A stretch of 64,000 nt of DNA from Octopus sinensis. Its lineage: Eukaryota. Positions 14,095-27,020 of this stretch are shown piece by piece (within the stretch, counting starts at the first letter, position 1; each line of letters starts with the position of its first letter). Location of the stretch: assembly GCF_006345805.1 (NCBI RefSeq), contig NW_021832271.1, forward strand, positions 1-64,000, given 5' to 3'. The notes beneath the pieces are model-generated. The model had not been told where the DNA came from. It saw only the letters and a program-made list of their open reading frames with translations, and made no database searches. The translations under genes and the position numbers were made by a program.

Positions 14095-14470
14095 GTGAAA
14101 CGTAGAGGTGTAATGTTCTACAGGGATTCCACAGATGAACTTGTCAGGCATGCAAGTATTGCAACAAGGTCCGGGCGAAAGTGCGTAGCTAGCACCACAG
14201 TGGCACAGGCTGAAAGAATGCTTGAATTATGCGACATTATAAGGATTTACATGCAGAGGTCGGCAAGGTTTGGGTTCTCATTTCCAACAACGGAGGCAGG
14301 CGGACAGCAAGGAGCGGAAAACCATGATCCAGTCAGAAATGCGGACCCAGGAGAAGGAGGAGGAAAGAATAAGATCAGGGTGCCTGGAATAAATGGGACC
14401 TCTATAGAGATATCTGTGGGGATAACCTTAAAATGTGCAGTGTTTCGCTGATTCTTTACTCTAAAGTTCA
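14095..14470 (+). mobile_element. Fragment of a HERO/NeSL-like (RLE-endonuclease) non-LTR retrotransposon ORF
   Basis: YRDSTDELVRHASIATRSGRKCVASTTVAQAERML, then in other frames ERKTMIQSEMRTQEKEEER and QGAWNKWDL. These match the post-RT region of HERO-like ORFs as I recall them. Confidence 0.6.
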
Positions 14471-15609
14471 CTGAAAGCTTAAAGGTTACATTGTTTTTGT
14501 GGGATTAAATCTCTTGGTAAATTTTGGACGGGTTTTCAAGTCATTGTCTCCGGTGCGATTTGAAACCAGAACATGAAGATATGAAATACCTAACTGCGGC
14601 AGATAATTTATTGTTTTGCCATGCTTCTCCGCTTTTTTCCATCTCTCTTCCTACTCACTAATATTATATACATGTGACTGATAGATATGTACATATATGC
14701 ATATCATATATATATATATTTACACAATTAAATGTATATGTGTGTGTGTGTGTATATATTATGTGCATATATCTGTCCATGTATGCTCTGCACACAGCTC
14801 AAATAACGTTTTTCGTCTCGTATTAACATCTTAATCAATATTTTTTTTCTACACGGAAAGAAAATGTGATTGGAATTTACTTTCAATATTGGTCTTTTTT
14901 TTTTCGACTGGAAATTTGTAATTGATACTTATATTTTCGGAAAACGAATATCACGTGCAAAATATCTGAAAGTAGAATCCGAACTATTTCCTAATTTAAG
15001 TTAAGAAAAACTCATAAAATTTATTATTAAGTCAATTTTAAATGTATTTTTTTTCCTTCTGAAATTTTGATTCTAGTTTCAAATAAAACATCACTATGTA
15101 AAGTTACTTTTTTTCATAAATTATTTTTTTTTATTTTAAAGCAGTTCTCAACCCCTTCATGGTTATTTGAAAAACATGATGCTTTTCAGTATCACAAATT
15201 TTATTCTTTGGTAGAAACATGCGTGAAAATATAGTATAAATATGTTCCAATGAGGAATGCAGTTCATCGGAATGTAGGATAATTCTGTAGTATATAAATT
15301 CTGGAGTATATAATAACTAATATATTTATTATTGTGTTTGCAAAGGGATGTCCTCTTCTCAAAGCTCGTACGCTGTTGGTGAATTTTGTTACTTTCAAAG
15401 AAGTCGTTCTGTATTTTATTGTTATCATTTTAAGAGGATTATCAGCATCCAGGGAGGCTGGTTGAATAAGCTAACACTTCAAACTTTCAGGACAAAATTT
15501 GTTTTAATTTCAAATGAAATCTCCACATTTGTTAAATACTCAATGGAGCAAAATCAGATATAAATTCGAAGTCATTTAGACACCGAATTCCAAACTTTAC
15601 AAAAACGCG

Positions 15610-16150
15610 CCACAATTTTCTGCAGGAAAAGCATCATCCAGCCTATAATCATATTTCCCACCGATTCATTAACACTCGTCAGTTTTAATTCACACACTGG
15701 TTGTTTTCTCAAAATAGCTGATTATCTTCTTATTGACTCCGCGTGCACACTAGGCACACCAGGAACCAATTGTGTGGGACATTGTCGTAAGCCTTACTGT
15801 AATCGCTGTATCCAAATCCTAAATTCCTTTTTCATACTCATACCATCTTAAGTGCTCTAATTATATACAGCACACCAGCAACTCCCATTTTAATAGGTCT
15901 AGGCTTACTGATTCCCTCTGTTTCTATTGTTTTGCTCTTCTGTATCAGCCCTGTCCTTCATTTTATCATCCAAGCTACAATTTTTTCGATGCAGTCTATA
16001 AGAAACGGTTGTATACAGCAGGGTATATTTGACAGATTTTTTGCCTGACTAAACTTTTCCTCTTTCCATGCTGTTTCTTTTTCGAGTTCTTTCCTCGTTA
16101 TTATTTCTTCTATGATTCTTCTTCTTCTAGTTCTTTTTTGTTGTTAGGAA
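15610..16150 (-). mobile_element. Degraded RT fragment of an R4/Dong-clade LINE
   Basis: AWMIK*RTGLIQKSK...PRPI and NLGFGYSDYSKAYDNVPHNWFLVCL (early RT motifs). Confidence 0.7.
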
Positions 16151-16189
16151 TGTGCAAAATCTTTCCAGTATTGCATTACGTCAGTTTCT

Positions 16190-16652
16190 TTTTTGTTTGA
16201 GGTGTGGTGCAGTCTTTTATTGTATTAGTTTTCTGTGTTGTGTGTGCTTGCGTTGTGTTGTGTATAATGTGTTGGGTTTCCGGTCTGCTGGTGCTATTTT
16301 ATTTCATTAGATAGGTGCTGTATAAAGTGTCTTGTGTTGGGAGATATTTCTTTTTTATGTGTTGTTATTGAATTGATAGTGTCTTGCGTAGAATGTGGGC
16401 TGTTCCTAGCAGGACTATTTTTTTAGATAATGTGTAGTGTTGCGGATCCAGTCATAGCTTCTACATTTTTGTTCATAGTTTTTTTTTTATCATGCCTAAT
16501 GTTCCAATTATTATTGGTATTGTTTTCATTTTCATGCCCCATATCTGAAGTACTTCAATTCCGAGGTCTTTGCACTTCGATAATTTTTCCCCTCCTTTGG
16601 GGATAATATTTTGGTCAGAAGAGACCGCAATGTCTATCAGTGAACAGGTGTT
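16190..16652 (-). mobile_element. 3' end (RLE endonuclease and UTR) of an R4/Dong-clade LINE
   Basis: CSLIDIAVSSDQNIIPKGGEKLSKCKDLGIEVLQIWGMKMKTIPIIIGTLGMIKK...KIVLLGTAHILRKTLSIQ* (stop 16365-16367); abuts (ATT)n. Confidence 0.8.
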
Positions 16653-16663
16653 TATTATTATTA

Positions 16664-16737
<74 letters not shown>

Positions 16738-16842
16738 GTTGTTGTTGTTGTTAATATTATTATTATTATCATTGCCTTCATTATTACTTCCTTGACCTTA
16801 ATATATATATATATATGTGTAGAGGGGGAGAGAGAGTGTGTG

Positions 16843-17400
16843 TAGTGGTACGACAAGGCACCAATGTTTACTGGAAATTGAAGTCGATACATTTACGACG
16901 CTATGGTACAGCTTCAACGTGTATATACTGGCAAAGACGTGTGAGGGCAACACGCATAAAAAAATTGTCTTACCTTCTAGGAATAACATTATATAAATAA
17001 CATCATATAAATAACATTAGATAAATGGCCAACCCAGAATCGGATAATCCAGTACCTAAGTTTCGGACTCGTCAAATATGTTTGTAAACGTAAAATTGAT
17101 CCGTCTTCATCAGCTCGATTTACCTGGACAATATTTCAAATGTTGCTACATCAATGCCAGTATACTCGCCTGAACGCTTAGCCGTCAACTGACCGATAAC
17201 AGTGAAAAGAATTTCAATGAAAAGTAAAATTTTGCAATATAAATGTATTACTTTCCAGTAAAATAAAGCACCGTAAAGGTAGAAGTATAAATATAGACTA
17301 GTGGTACGACAAAGCACTAACGTTTACTGGAAATAGCAGTCGATACATTTCCGACGCTATAGTAAACCATCAGTGTGTATAAATAGATCATATAAATCTA
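16843..17400 (-). mobile_element. Non-autonomous Penelope-like unit, period about 456 bp
   Basis: Roughly 85-bp direct repeat starting at 16843 and 17299 brackets a hammerhead. Confidence 0.6.
17046..17120 (-). ncRNA. Type I hammerhead ribozyme, one stem I mismatch
   Basis: Minus strand: aatcgag CTGATGA agac...gtcc GAAA c-ttag-g TA ctggatt. Confidence 0.72.
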
Positions 17401-18604
17401 ACTACAATGTATAAACGGTATGAACACATAAATAATTCTCACTAAATCCTATTGATGAAGTTCCCATCTTTGTTTTCTTGTATACACATTGAGAAGCTGT
17501 GACGTAGTCGACTGTTAACGATTAAAATCAATAACTAGCATTCACTTAATAGATTTATGTTCGAAATAATCACTGGCAACAAGATATAAGGATGAAAGGC
17601 TAGGAAAAGTTTGCAAGATTGAAAGACTTGTATGAGAATTAAGAATAGTAATTTTGGTAGTTTCGTTACTACGCCTAATAAATAGATATATTATATTCGG
17701 CGAGAAATATACATTACAAATCTCTGGCTGGTTTTGACAAGTAATACTAAATCTTGTTTCGGCATGAAAGGAAATTGACTTAGCCACAGTGACATTGATA
17801 TAAAGTTCAAATAACTTAGTTATATTTTCAATGATAAAGTGTGATCTGGAATTACGTTAACATGAGAGAAGATAGGAGTTTGATGTTTAAATGTGGAGGG
17901 ATATTGATAAGCTTCTAAGATAATTGCTGCCAGATTTGAGAAGTTGTAATCAGTTCTGTAACACTCAGTAATGAAATTAATATGATTAATATGATGGAAT
18001 ATGGTCACATTGAGTAAGCTATCCGATTTTGCATCGTTGTGTTCGATAAGAATCTACCAGCGGTAATTCTTTATTTGAATTTGGCATTAATTCAATTTGC
18101 GTAACGAAAATTAAATATTGTACAACATCTGTATACACAGCGCATAACAATTTGGTTTGATATTTAAGAATTAATTTTTATCAGAGAATTATGAATTTAG
18201 CTTATCGCAGATTAGCATGAGTAGATGAATTTCCCCCGTCCAAGAAATTTCAAACACACAAACACAAGCGTTCACACACATACACAGACATACATGTACA
18301 CACATATGCATACATACACGACCCCTTTATCTTTCAATATTCACATTTACATAAATGAAGTTTATGATGGCTGCAACTTGATTTCGAGTAATGCCATGGA
18401 CCGGTTTGTCTTAAAGCAGCACGGAAATGGCTTTATGGTTTTGATAATGACATAAATTTCTTGCACTGATGTAGCTTCTTGTTGCAGGACTTCATATAGA
18501 TTTCTAGCCACGTCGATACATACATTTATTCCATCGTGGAACTTTTCATTGAGTCTTTCCCCTTTCTCAGCTTCAACCAGCCATAGCGTGCAGCACATAA
18601 TACC

Positions 18605-18838
18605 TATTTCTTTACTACCCACAAGGGGCTAAACACACAGAGAGGACAAACAAGGACAGACACACGGATTAAGTCGATTACATCGACCCCAGTGCGTAAC
18701 TGATACTTAATTTATCGACCCCGAAAGGATTAAAGGCAAAGTCGACCTCGGCGGAATTTGAACTCAGAACGTAGCGGCAGACGGAATACCCCTAAGTATT
18801 TCATCCGGCGTGCTAACGTTTCTGCCAGCTCGCCGCCT
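18605..18838 (-). mobile_element. tRNA-derived SINE family A, full length
   Basis: Head ggcggcgagctggcagaaacgttagcacgccgg...gagttcaaattcc (B box); tail ccccttgtgggtagtaaagaaata. Confidence 0.9.
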
Positions 18839-19272
18839 TTCGCCGCCTATAATACCGAGTATTGCCTGAGCCTCAAATATTTTTTAAAAATGAAGTAAGG
18901 CGTTGTAAAATGTCAATCCCATAATTTAAACAATGTGTACATTTGTATATATTTGCCCTATATTAAGAAATACTCAACATGTGTAAATGATTTGATGAAA
19001 AAAAATTGCAGATGTTTCCTTCTCCAGACCAGATACCTATACAAAGACTGGGGCGCTTCTCTTGACATCGTCACAGGTTATGTGGCCCTTCCATTTAATG
19101 TATGTTGATATGGAGCGGAACATTTGTGGATTAGAAAACTCCAGTTTTTATTTTTGAGTTCCAGCGATAAAATATCCCTGTTTCACAACCGTATAAAAAT
19201 AGAAATTCGGCTTCGTTTTTATGATTAATTTTATTTTTTTGTTTTTAAAGATTCGTTTTAGCAAATGCTCAA

Positions 19273-20797
19273 CTAGTTCGAGAAATATATTAGAGAAAGT
19301 AATATCGAAATGAGGGACAGTAGTTCCGGATGAAGTTGAACTAGGATAGTAGTCTTGAAATTCAATGTGGAGTCGAAACGATAATTCATTCTGTTGCGAT
19401 GAAGTTGTTGACAAATTTCAGTTTTTAATATTGTGTGACAGAGAGTCGCGTTATCAAAGTTCTGATATTCGTTGCATGATGATAATTTGATGGCGATTTT
19501 AAATAATCCGCCATAAAAACGGCATTTGAGGTCAACTCCTATATTGTCTGGTGAAAATTTGAAAAGCATCGCAAACAAGTGTAAAGAGAAGAACGTAAGT
19601 TCAATCGATATGGAACCCGAAAACTGTTCAGAAATTTTATTTTAACGAAAAGCGTAACCCGACATGCTCCCGATCAGTTCTTGATCCTGTGAGGTGAAGT
19701 CGGGAGAGTAATCAAAACGTTGAGAAATTCCAAATGATGTCTCTTGCTTTACTAAACAACAGACATTTCCATTTTGTAGAATGGATTCTGTCGTAGAGAA
19801 AATCATGTCGATTGCATCACAGAAGCAGGGAATTCTCATTGAGTCAGAAAGAATGTCACTGCAATAATATGGAGATGGTTCATCAGGATTCATGCAATTT
19901 TTTTCCTTCGATGCACGGAAAAGATATTTTAATTTTGGTAACAATTTCGATCTCATTTTTTGAAGATGATGGTAATAACTAAATTTTAAAGTTTATTTCG
20001 GACTTGGTATTCTTCCAATACTTTCAGGATCAGGGCTAGAGGCTTGATTTAGAGAGGCAGTCCCCACTGTTTCAATAATTCATTTGGGACATTGCTAAGT
20101 CCTGCGCGGATTTTCGTGGTTTAAATCTGTTAAATTCGAAATATCTCGAAATCATTATTTGATATTAACCCATGAATGTTACTGGTAGAATTCGTTTGTT
20201 TCGAGGCGTGGAGCATAAGCTGAACGAATGTAATAAAGTTGTTTTCAGATAATGGTACGAGAAGATAATTCATTCGTTGACCGTAGTATATTGGCAACCC
20301 ATGAAGTTATCTGGCGGAATGACCTATAACACGCGGAATAAGACAGAACAAGTGAGGTAATGGAACTGCAACGGGCCACCGGCGACTCGGTTTCATCTTT
20401 AGAACCATTCGGTTTTCAGTCAGTGATTCTGGCATCGACCTGTTCTACCATTTCAACCGTTACTGAGATCGAACATTATCGTTTACTCTTACCGTTTTTC
20501 AGTCCTTGAAGGCTTGAAGCGAAGTGGTTGTTTAGTTCCGGTTCTCGTCTTCAACAATGAATCCAAAGTTTCCCTTACCAGAAGCAATAGATTTCTGATG
20601 ACATCACTTTCAAAATCTCTGAACCAAGGAAACATTTCACCACGACATGAACTATCGAATTTTGGAGAATACGTTTTGGTCAAATAAAGTTTATGTATCG
20701 CAGAAGACATAAACCTCTACTGCTGCATAACATCATCAAAAATTCTACCAGTCTCTTCCGAGGTGAAACACTTAACTACGTTCATTCTTGTGTCCAT
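19273..20797 (-). pseudogene. Disabled long reading frame of unknown identity
   Basis: 19273-19992 is 240 codons with one internal TAA (19642-19644). 20489-20797 is open with one internal TAG in another frame. No motif recognised. Confidence 0.35.
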
Positions 20798-20916
20798 ATC
20801 AAGAAAGAAAATTATTATAAAGCAAATTATAATAGACACTCCATTCGTCAAATATATATATATGCATATATATATATATATATTATATATATATATATAT
20901 ATAGATATATATATAC

Positions 20917-20953
<37 letters not shown>

Positions 20954-21023
20954 GTGTGTGTGTGTGTGTGTGCGTGTGTGTATATATTATATATATATGT
21001 GTATATATATATATATATATATG

Positions 21024-21065
<42 letters not shown>

Positions 21066-21153
21066 TGTATATATATTATATATATATATATATGTAATAT
21101 ACATATATATATATATAATATATATATAGTATATATATATCTATATATATATA

Positions 21154-21185
<32 letters not shown>

Positions 21186-21633
21186 CTATTATATATATAT
21201 ATATGTATATATATACAAGCACACAACAAAAACACACACACTCACACAAACATCTATCTTGACAAATCTCGTTTAAAATATATGACAGCTTAATAGAATA
21301 TTTCTTTTTTGGTCTCTACCTTGTATTCACCCGAGTGAATGATTAGATGTTGTAAATACATAATTTATTGTATGATTCTTTTTCTTTTTCTTATTTATTT
21401 AATGTCACATTATATTTTCTAATAACTTTTTTTTTTAAATCACGCAGCACCGATAGAAGATATTGAGATTTCGGTGTATTTGTAAAACAGTGAAATTTAG
21501 AACGCGTATATCTTCCAAAGACCTTGATCTATATATCCCAAATAAGCACTAGATAAATATGAAGCACTCATAGAAAAGCTTCGTTCTTGATATCCAGCCT
21601 GCATATGATTACTCTATAATCGTAAGACCTATG

Positions 21634-21856
21634 TCTTTACTACCCACAAGGGGCTAAACACAGAGCGGACAAACAAGGACAGACATAGGTATTAAGTCGA
21701 TTATATCGACCCCAGTGCGTAACTGGTACTTAATTTTTCAGCCCTGAAAGGATGAAAGGCAAAGTCGACCTCCACCGAATTTGAACTCACAACGTAACGC
21801 AGATGAAATACCGCTAAGCATTTCGCCTGGCGTGCTAAAGTTTCTGCCAGCTCGCC
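21634..21856 (-). mobile_element. SINE family A, full length
   Basis: Colinear with 18605 copy; TSD tataat(c/g)gtaagacc at 21615-21629 and 21857-21871. Confidence 0.9.
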
Positions 21857-21959
21857 TATAATGGTAAGACCGATTATCAAATCTGATTGTGTGCGAGAGT
21901 ACGAACAGAGTTACAAATCTAAATCAGACAAAGATAATACAAGCGCACAGTAATTAAGT

Positions 21960-23130
21960 GGTGTACACTGTCCCCATGTCCTATGTATTCCGGTTGTTAT
22001 CTGTTTGTGGGGCGATAGAAAAGTTCTTGAAACTTATCAGCATTGAAATTGTTATTTTCATCAGCCCATTTCTATATTGCTTGCTGGTCATTGCTGTTTT
22101 ACTACATCATGAAGGTTTGCGACCACCTGAGATACTTCAGTATCGTCACCGTAGCTGGTGACTGTGGCTGACCGTACGACTGACAGCACAACTGAGAGAG
22201 TCACTACAAACAGTAGTGGTCTCCGTACAGTCCTCTGAGGAATTCCGCTGCTGATTGATGTCTCCCTAGAGGGAACACCACTGTCTGCAACTGCGTTACT
22301 TCTATCCTTTAAAAAGTTTTGCAGTCACTCTCCCAGTTTTCCATTGATACCAAAATCACGTAGCAAAGTCGAGATTCTGACGTACACGTTTGAGTGGTCG
22401 AACCATTGTTTCAGAATCGAACCATAATATTGTAGAAGCTGCGTGAGGCTTCTGTGTTTTGTGTTTGTGAGCAAGTTATTCTCTTCCAGGAACATGATCA
22501 GTTGCCTGATATCGCCTTCCTTGACCTTGCTAACACGTGAAGTGACAGAGATAGGTTGTAATTTTTAGAATCTGCGCCGCTTCTTCCTTTATGAATAGGG
22601 CATACGATACACTTTTTCCACAAGCAAGGAAACTCTGAAAAATTACCTGCACTAGTTTTGCGTGAGCGTTTTTTTTTTTTTTGCATGTTTTTAGGAGAAA
22701 AGACCGAAATCAACCTGGGCCTTTTGCTGAGTTTGAGGTTTCTAATCAATAACCGATATTACATCTTCCTCTTTTATGTCGATGTAATCAATAATTGCCT
22801 TTTCCCCGTGTATGTCTGTAATGCTCAAGAACTATTTAGTCTCGACCGTTTGTTAGTTTCCCATTGGAAAGTTGAAAATACTCTGGAATTGCTTATGTAA
22901 TACTTCACACATCCTCTTGGGTCGTGCAGTTAGCGAGTCGACTTCTTCAAATGGTGGTCCTATCTTGTAGTGCACTCAGGCAGACGTTTTCACGATCTTG
23001 TAGAAGGCTTGGAGATTTCTTTTTATATTTTCCACCACCCTGGTTTCTGTTTCTACGCTTTCCTTTTTATGGGAGAATCTAAGTTTATTTTCTATATCTA
23101 AAAGTCCCTCTCTCTCTAGAAAGGATTCCT
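21960..23130 (-). mobile_element. Degraded CR1-group LINE ORF2 (linker and RT)
   Basis: IKRNLQAFYKIVK...KIGP...MCEVL, WKKCIVCPIHKG, SGIPQRTVRRPLLF (22204-22249), YGDDT (22139-22156), WADENNNFNADK; many stops and frameshifts. Confidence 0.85.
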
Positions 23131-23556
23131 CGCTGTCAATACGCTGTTTATTTTAGTAATTGGAGATCTTTATACTCTTTGAAATATATACATATCATCG
23201 GTTGCACATATTCAGTGTATGTGTTTTGCCTGTTGGCCGGGTTCATTGCTTCATAGCGCTTAAGGACGCCCACTGGTCATGGGGGGGGGGGCGAGACAAC
23301 AAACCCGGCATCCAATTCAGTAGTGATGGATAGCTTGGCATTTTTTGTGGTTTTTCAACATCACAAACACGAGTTGAACCTGCGAGAAATATAATCGCCA
23401 GGCTATTTCTATGCATAAACAGGCTAAGAATTATTTGCTTGAGGGGTCGTTCTGAAGCGAAATCCGGAGAATAAAGAAAACACATATATTGAGCAGGTGT
23501 GATCGATAACTCCTACTTCAATAGCACTCCGATAACTGTTGCTATTTCGCTATTGA

Positions 23557-23614
<58 letters not shown>

Positions 23615-25263
23615 ATAATGTGTGTATGTATACCCCTGCAGATAGATAGATATCTAAAGATATTGATATTGTAACTCTGACAATATTTTGGTGGTTAATT
23701 CGATCACACATTGTATTATTGAATACATCACATCTTTAAATTCGAACAGGCGTTCGATATTTTCCGCACTTATCATACCAACTTAGTTCTTTACGAAATT
23801 ATTTTAGACGACAAAATATATTCATTTATTTAGAAATCATATCAGATCGATTAAGAAGATGCTTCTAATTGAATATAAACACTCTTTATTTTATATCTAA
23901 CGATGTTTCGAGGTAATACAGTTATAACGTAACCTATTACACTTTATATCCAGTACAATATAGCTTTGATATACATAACAAAACAAATTGATTTCCCCCG
24001 AAACAATATCAAATTAAAATACAAATCATACACAATAACAACATATTTATTGACAATATCGAAATTTCCACTCGAACGATTACGACGAGACAAAAAGAAA
24101 GACAACATTTTGTTGAACTGTCGTATTATAAACGAGATTTTCCATAGATTGATTGTTCTTGAATAATGACTGACGTACAATATAAGCGATGACTAAAAAT
24201 GTAGAAACTAAGATTCTTGCATAGTCATGATTTTTTCTACTAAAAGCTCAAGTCCTGTAATTTTTAGGAGGGTGGCTAAGCAATTGCATCAGTCACAATG
24301 TTTCACCTGTAATTATTTTACCTTCCAGCAAACGATGAAATGCTAAGGCGACCTCGTCTGTGTTTGAATTCGGAAAATATAACAGGAACAATAAGCATTT
24401 TGTCCGAAGCGTTTAATGTTCCACCAGCTTCCCGTCTTATATTTATATGAAGGATTTTGTGGAGAGGTGGTTAATTAGATTATTTTAAATCCAGTACATG
24501 ATCGGTATTTACATTATCAATGCACGGAGGACCGTAGACGAAGTTATCGCCAACAGAAATCGAATCCAAAACATAAGGGACGTTAAACTTAATGCTTTCA
24601 AAATTTGGCACCAGGTCAGAAATTTCAGGGATAAATCGATTACATTTTGACGCCAGTGTTCAACTGGTACTTGATTTATCGACCCCGAATGTGTGGAGGT
24701 ACAAACGAAGAACATTCACAAACACACGCGCGCACACACATACATACATACGCTCATACAAATATGCATACACACATCCATGCACACATATATACACACA
24801 CCCATACACACACACGGTAATCCTATTTAATTCACTATATCCATTGCAACAAATAATTGGTTTTATAAATCAATTATTCATTAAATATCCTTAGAAGCCT
24901 ATCGCCATTGTTGAAGGCGATTTCCTCATTAAACGGCGTGTCGCTGGGTCACTCACTTCTAACAGAGGGACGTCTATATATAACTGCGTGCCGCCTTGGA
25001 CAAGTGCCATCTGTAGTGGTCTCTGGCCAAACAAAGCATTTCGAGTGGGTTTTGAGGCGGACTCTGAAAAGAATCTTGTCATAAACACACACACACACAC
25101 ACACACACATATACTGAAGACGCGCGCATGCATTTTTGTGCGTATGTCTCTTTGTGCCCCTCCACCTCTTGACCATTGGTGGCAGTCTTGAGAAAATTAT
25201 AACTACCGGAAGTGATTCGTTCGTCTACAATTACTGAAAGTGCTGCCACAGCATGATAGATAG

Positions 25264-25321
<58 letters not shown>

Positions 25322-25354
25322 ATATATGTGTAAATGCATATGTATATATTTATG

Positions 25355-25413
<59 letters not shown>

Positions 25414-25419
25414 GATATA

Positions 25420-25457
<38 letters not shown>

Positions 25458-25479
25458 CATATATATATGTTTGTGTGTG

Positions 25480-25522
<43 letters not shown>

Positions 25523-25524
<2 letters not shown>

Positions 25525-25880
25525 CTTTTATTCCTTTATTCTTGTTTCAATGATTTGATAGCGGCCGTGCCGCAGAATCCCCTTAGATGTTAGAGGAAAA
25601 AACGTCCCCAGGACCTATTCGTTGTAGCCCTAGTACTTATTCGATAGGGGTCTTTTGCCGAACCGCTAAAATGCGGGGACATAAACACACCAGCATCGGT
25701 TGTCAAGCGATGGCAGGGCGACAAACCCACACACTCACACACACACACACACCACACACACACACACACACACTGACACACACACACACACACATGTATA
25801 TGTATGTATGTCTGTATATATATATATATATGAGGGGCTCCTTCCAGTTTCCGTCTACCACATCCACTCACAAGGTTACC
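25523..25880 (-). mobile_element. SINE family B, diverged, 5'-truncated
   Basis: tcttttgccgaaccgcta, cagcatcggttgtcaagc and cagtttccgtctacc blocks around the internal microsatellite. Confidence 0.75.
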
Positions 25881-26091
25881 ACGCATTGGGACATAGTCTC
25901 TCTCTCTCTCTGCGCAATTCAGGTACACAACACAAATACGCTGCAAGACAATCAGTGTTCCTCAACCTACCCTACACTTTAACGTTATCCAGAGCAAGAA
26001 AAAAGGTTCCCTTGCTTGGAAACAATATCTTGAGAAATTGATATACATGTGTGTGTGTGTGTGTGTGCACGCGCGTGTATTTATAAATAGA

Positions 26092-26270
26092 AGCGTAGGC
26101 GTGGCTGTGTGGTAAGAAGCTTGTTCGCCAACCGCATGGTTCCGCGTTCAGTCCCATTGCGTGGCATCTTAGACAGCTGTCGTCTTAGGCAATGTGTCGT
26201 CCACGAGCTAACCAAAGCCTTATCAGTGGATATTTTAGACGGAATCTGAAAAAAGCCCGTTGTACATGTA
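26092..26270 (+). mobile_element. SINE family B, 5' half
   Basis: gtggctgtgtggtaagaagc...gttcagtccca...aaagcccgt. Confidence 0.75.
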
Positions 26271-26493
26271 TGTATGTTCTTTATCTTATATTAAACTTTT
26301 TAATATTTTTGATAGTTATAGTTATAAAAAAAAAAAATAATAATGATAATAATAATATATATATATATATATATTTAAAGAGCAATAAAGATTCAAGTTA
26401 ATTTAAAAAATTTACTTGAATATGGTACCTAACTTAGATGCACCAAAAAAAAACTATACTGATTTAACAATACAGTAATGTGGGGGATTATAA

Positions 26494-26669
26494 GCGAGAA
26501 AGAAGCAACAAGAATGGATAGGTTTTTAGTACGATCGTTTCATACAAGGACAGGTTTTATTAAAAGTTGCAAAGATTAAGTTGCTGTAATCTTTGCAACT
26601 TTATAAAAACCTGTCTTGTATGAAACGATCGTACTAAAAACCTATCCATTCTTGTTGCTTCTTTCTCGC
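26494..26669. repeat. Near-perfect palindrome, arms about 85 bp, 8-nt loop
   Basis: gcgagaaagaagc...aaagatta [agttgctg] taatcttt...gcttctttctcgc. Confidence 0.93.
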
Positions 26670-26827
26670 GTATATATATATTATATATAAATTTTATAAG
26701 CATAAATTAATACACACACACACACAAACAACACACACACACACATATATATATGTATATATATATATATGTGTGTGTGTGGTGTGTGTGTGTGTGTGTG
26801 TGTTGTGTGTGAGGTGCGTGTGTGCGT

Positions 26828-27020
26828 CCCTCTCCTCATATCGCTTGACAACCGACGCTTGTGTCTCTACGTCCCCCAACTTAGCGGTTCGGCATAAAAT
26901 ACTGATAGAACAAATACCAGACTTGCAAAGAGGTCTAGGGAACGATTTCATCAACCAAAAGTTGGTGCTCCAACATGGTCCAAGTCAAAAGCCTGAAACA
27001 AGTAGAAGAATAAAAGAATA
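26828..27020 (+). mobile_element. SINE family B, 3' half
   Basis: gcttgacaaccga, ttagcggttcggc, ggtgctccaacatgg, ctgaaacaagtagaag. Confidence 0.7.

Noticed and set aside
23895-23960. Penelope-like gtttcgaggtaataca...tattac hairpin
   Set aside because: GAAA half and a stem are present but there is no recognisable CUGAnGA or stem I; too decayed to call.
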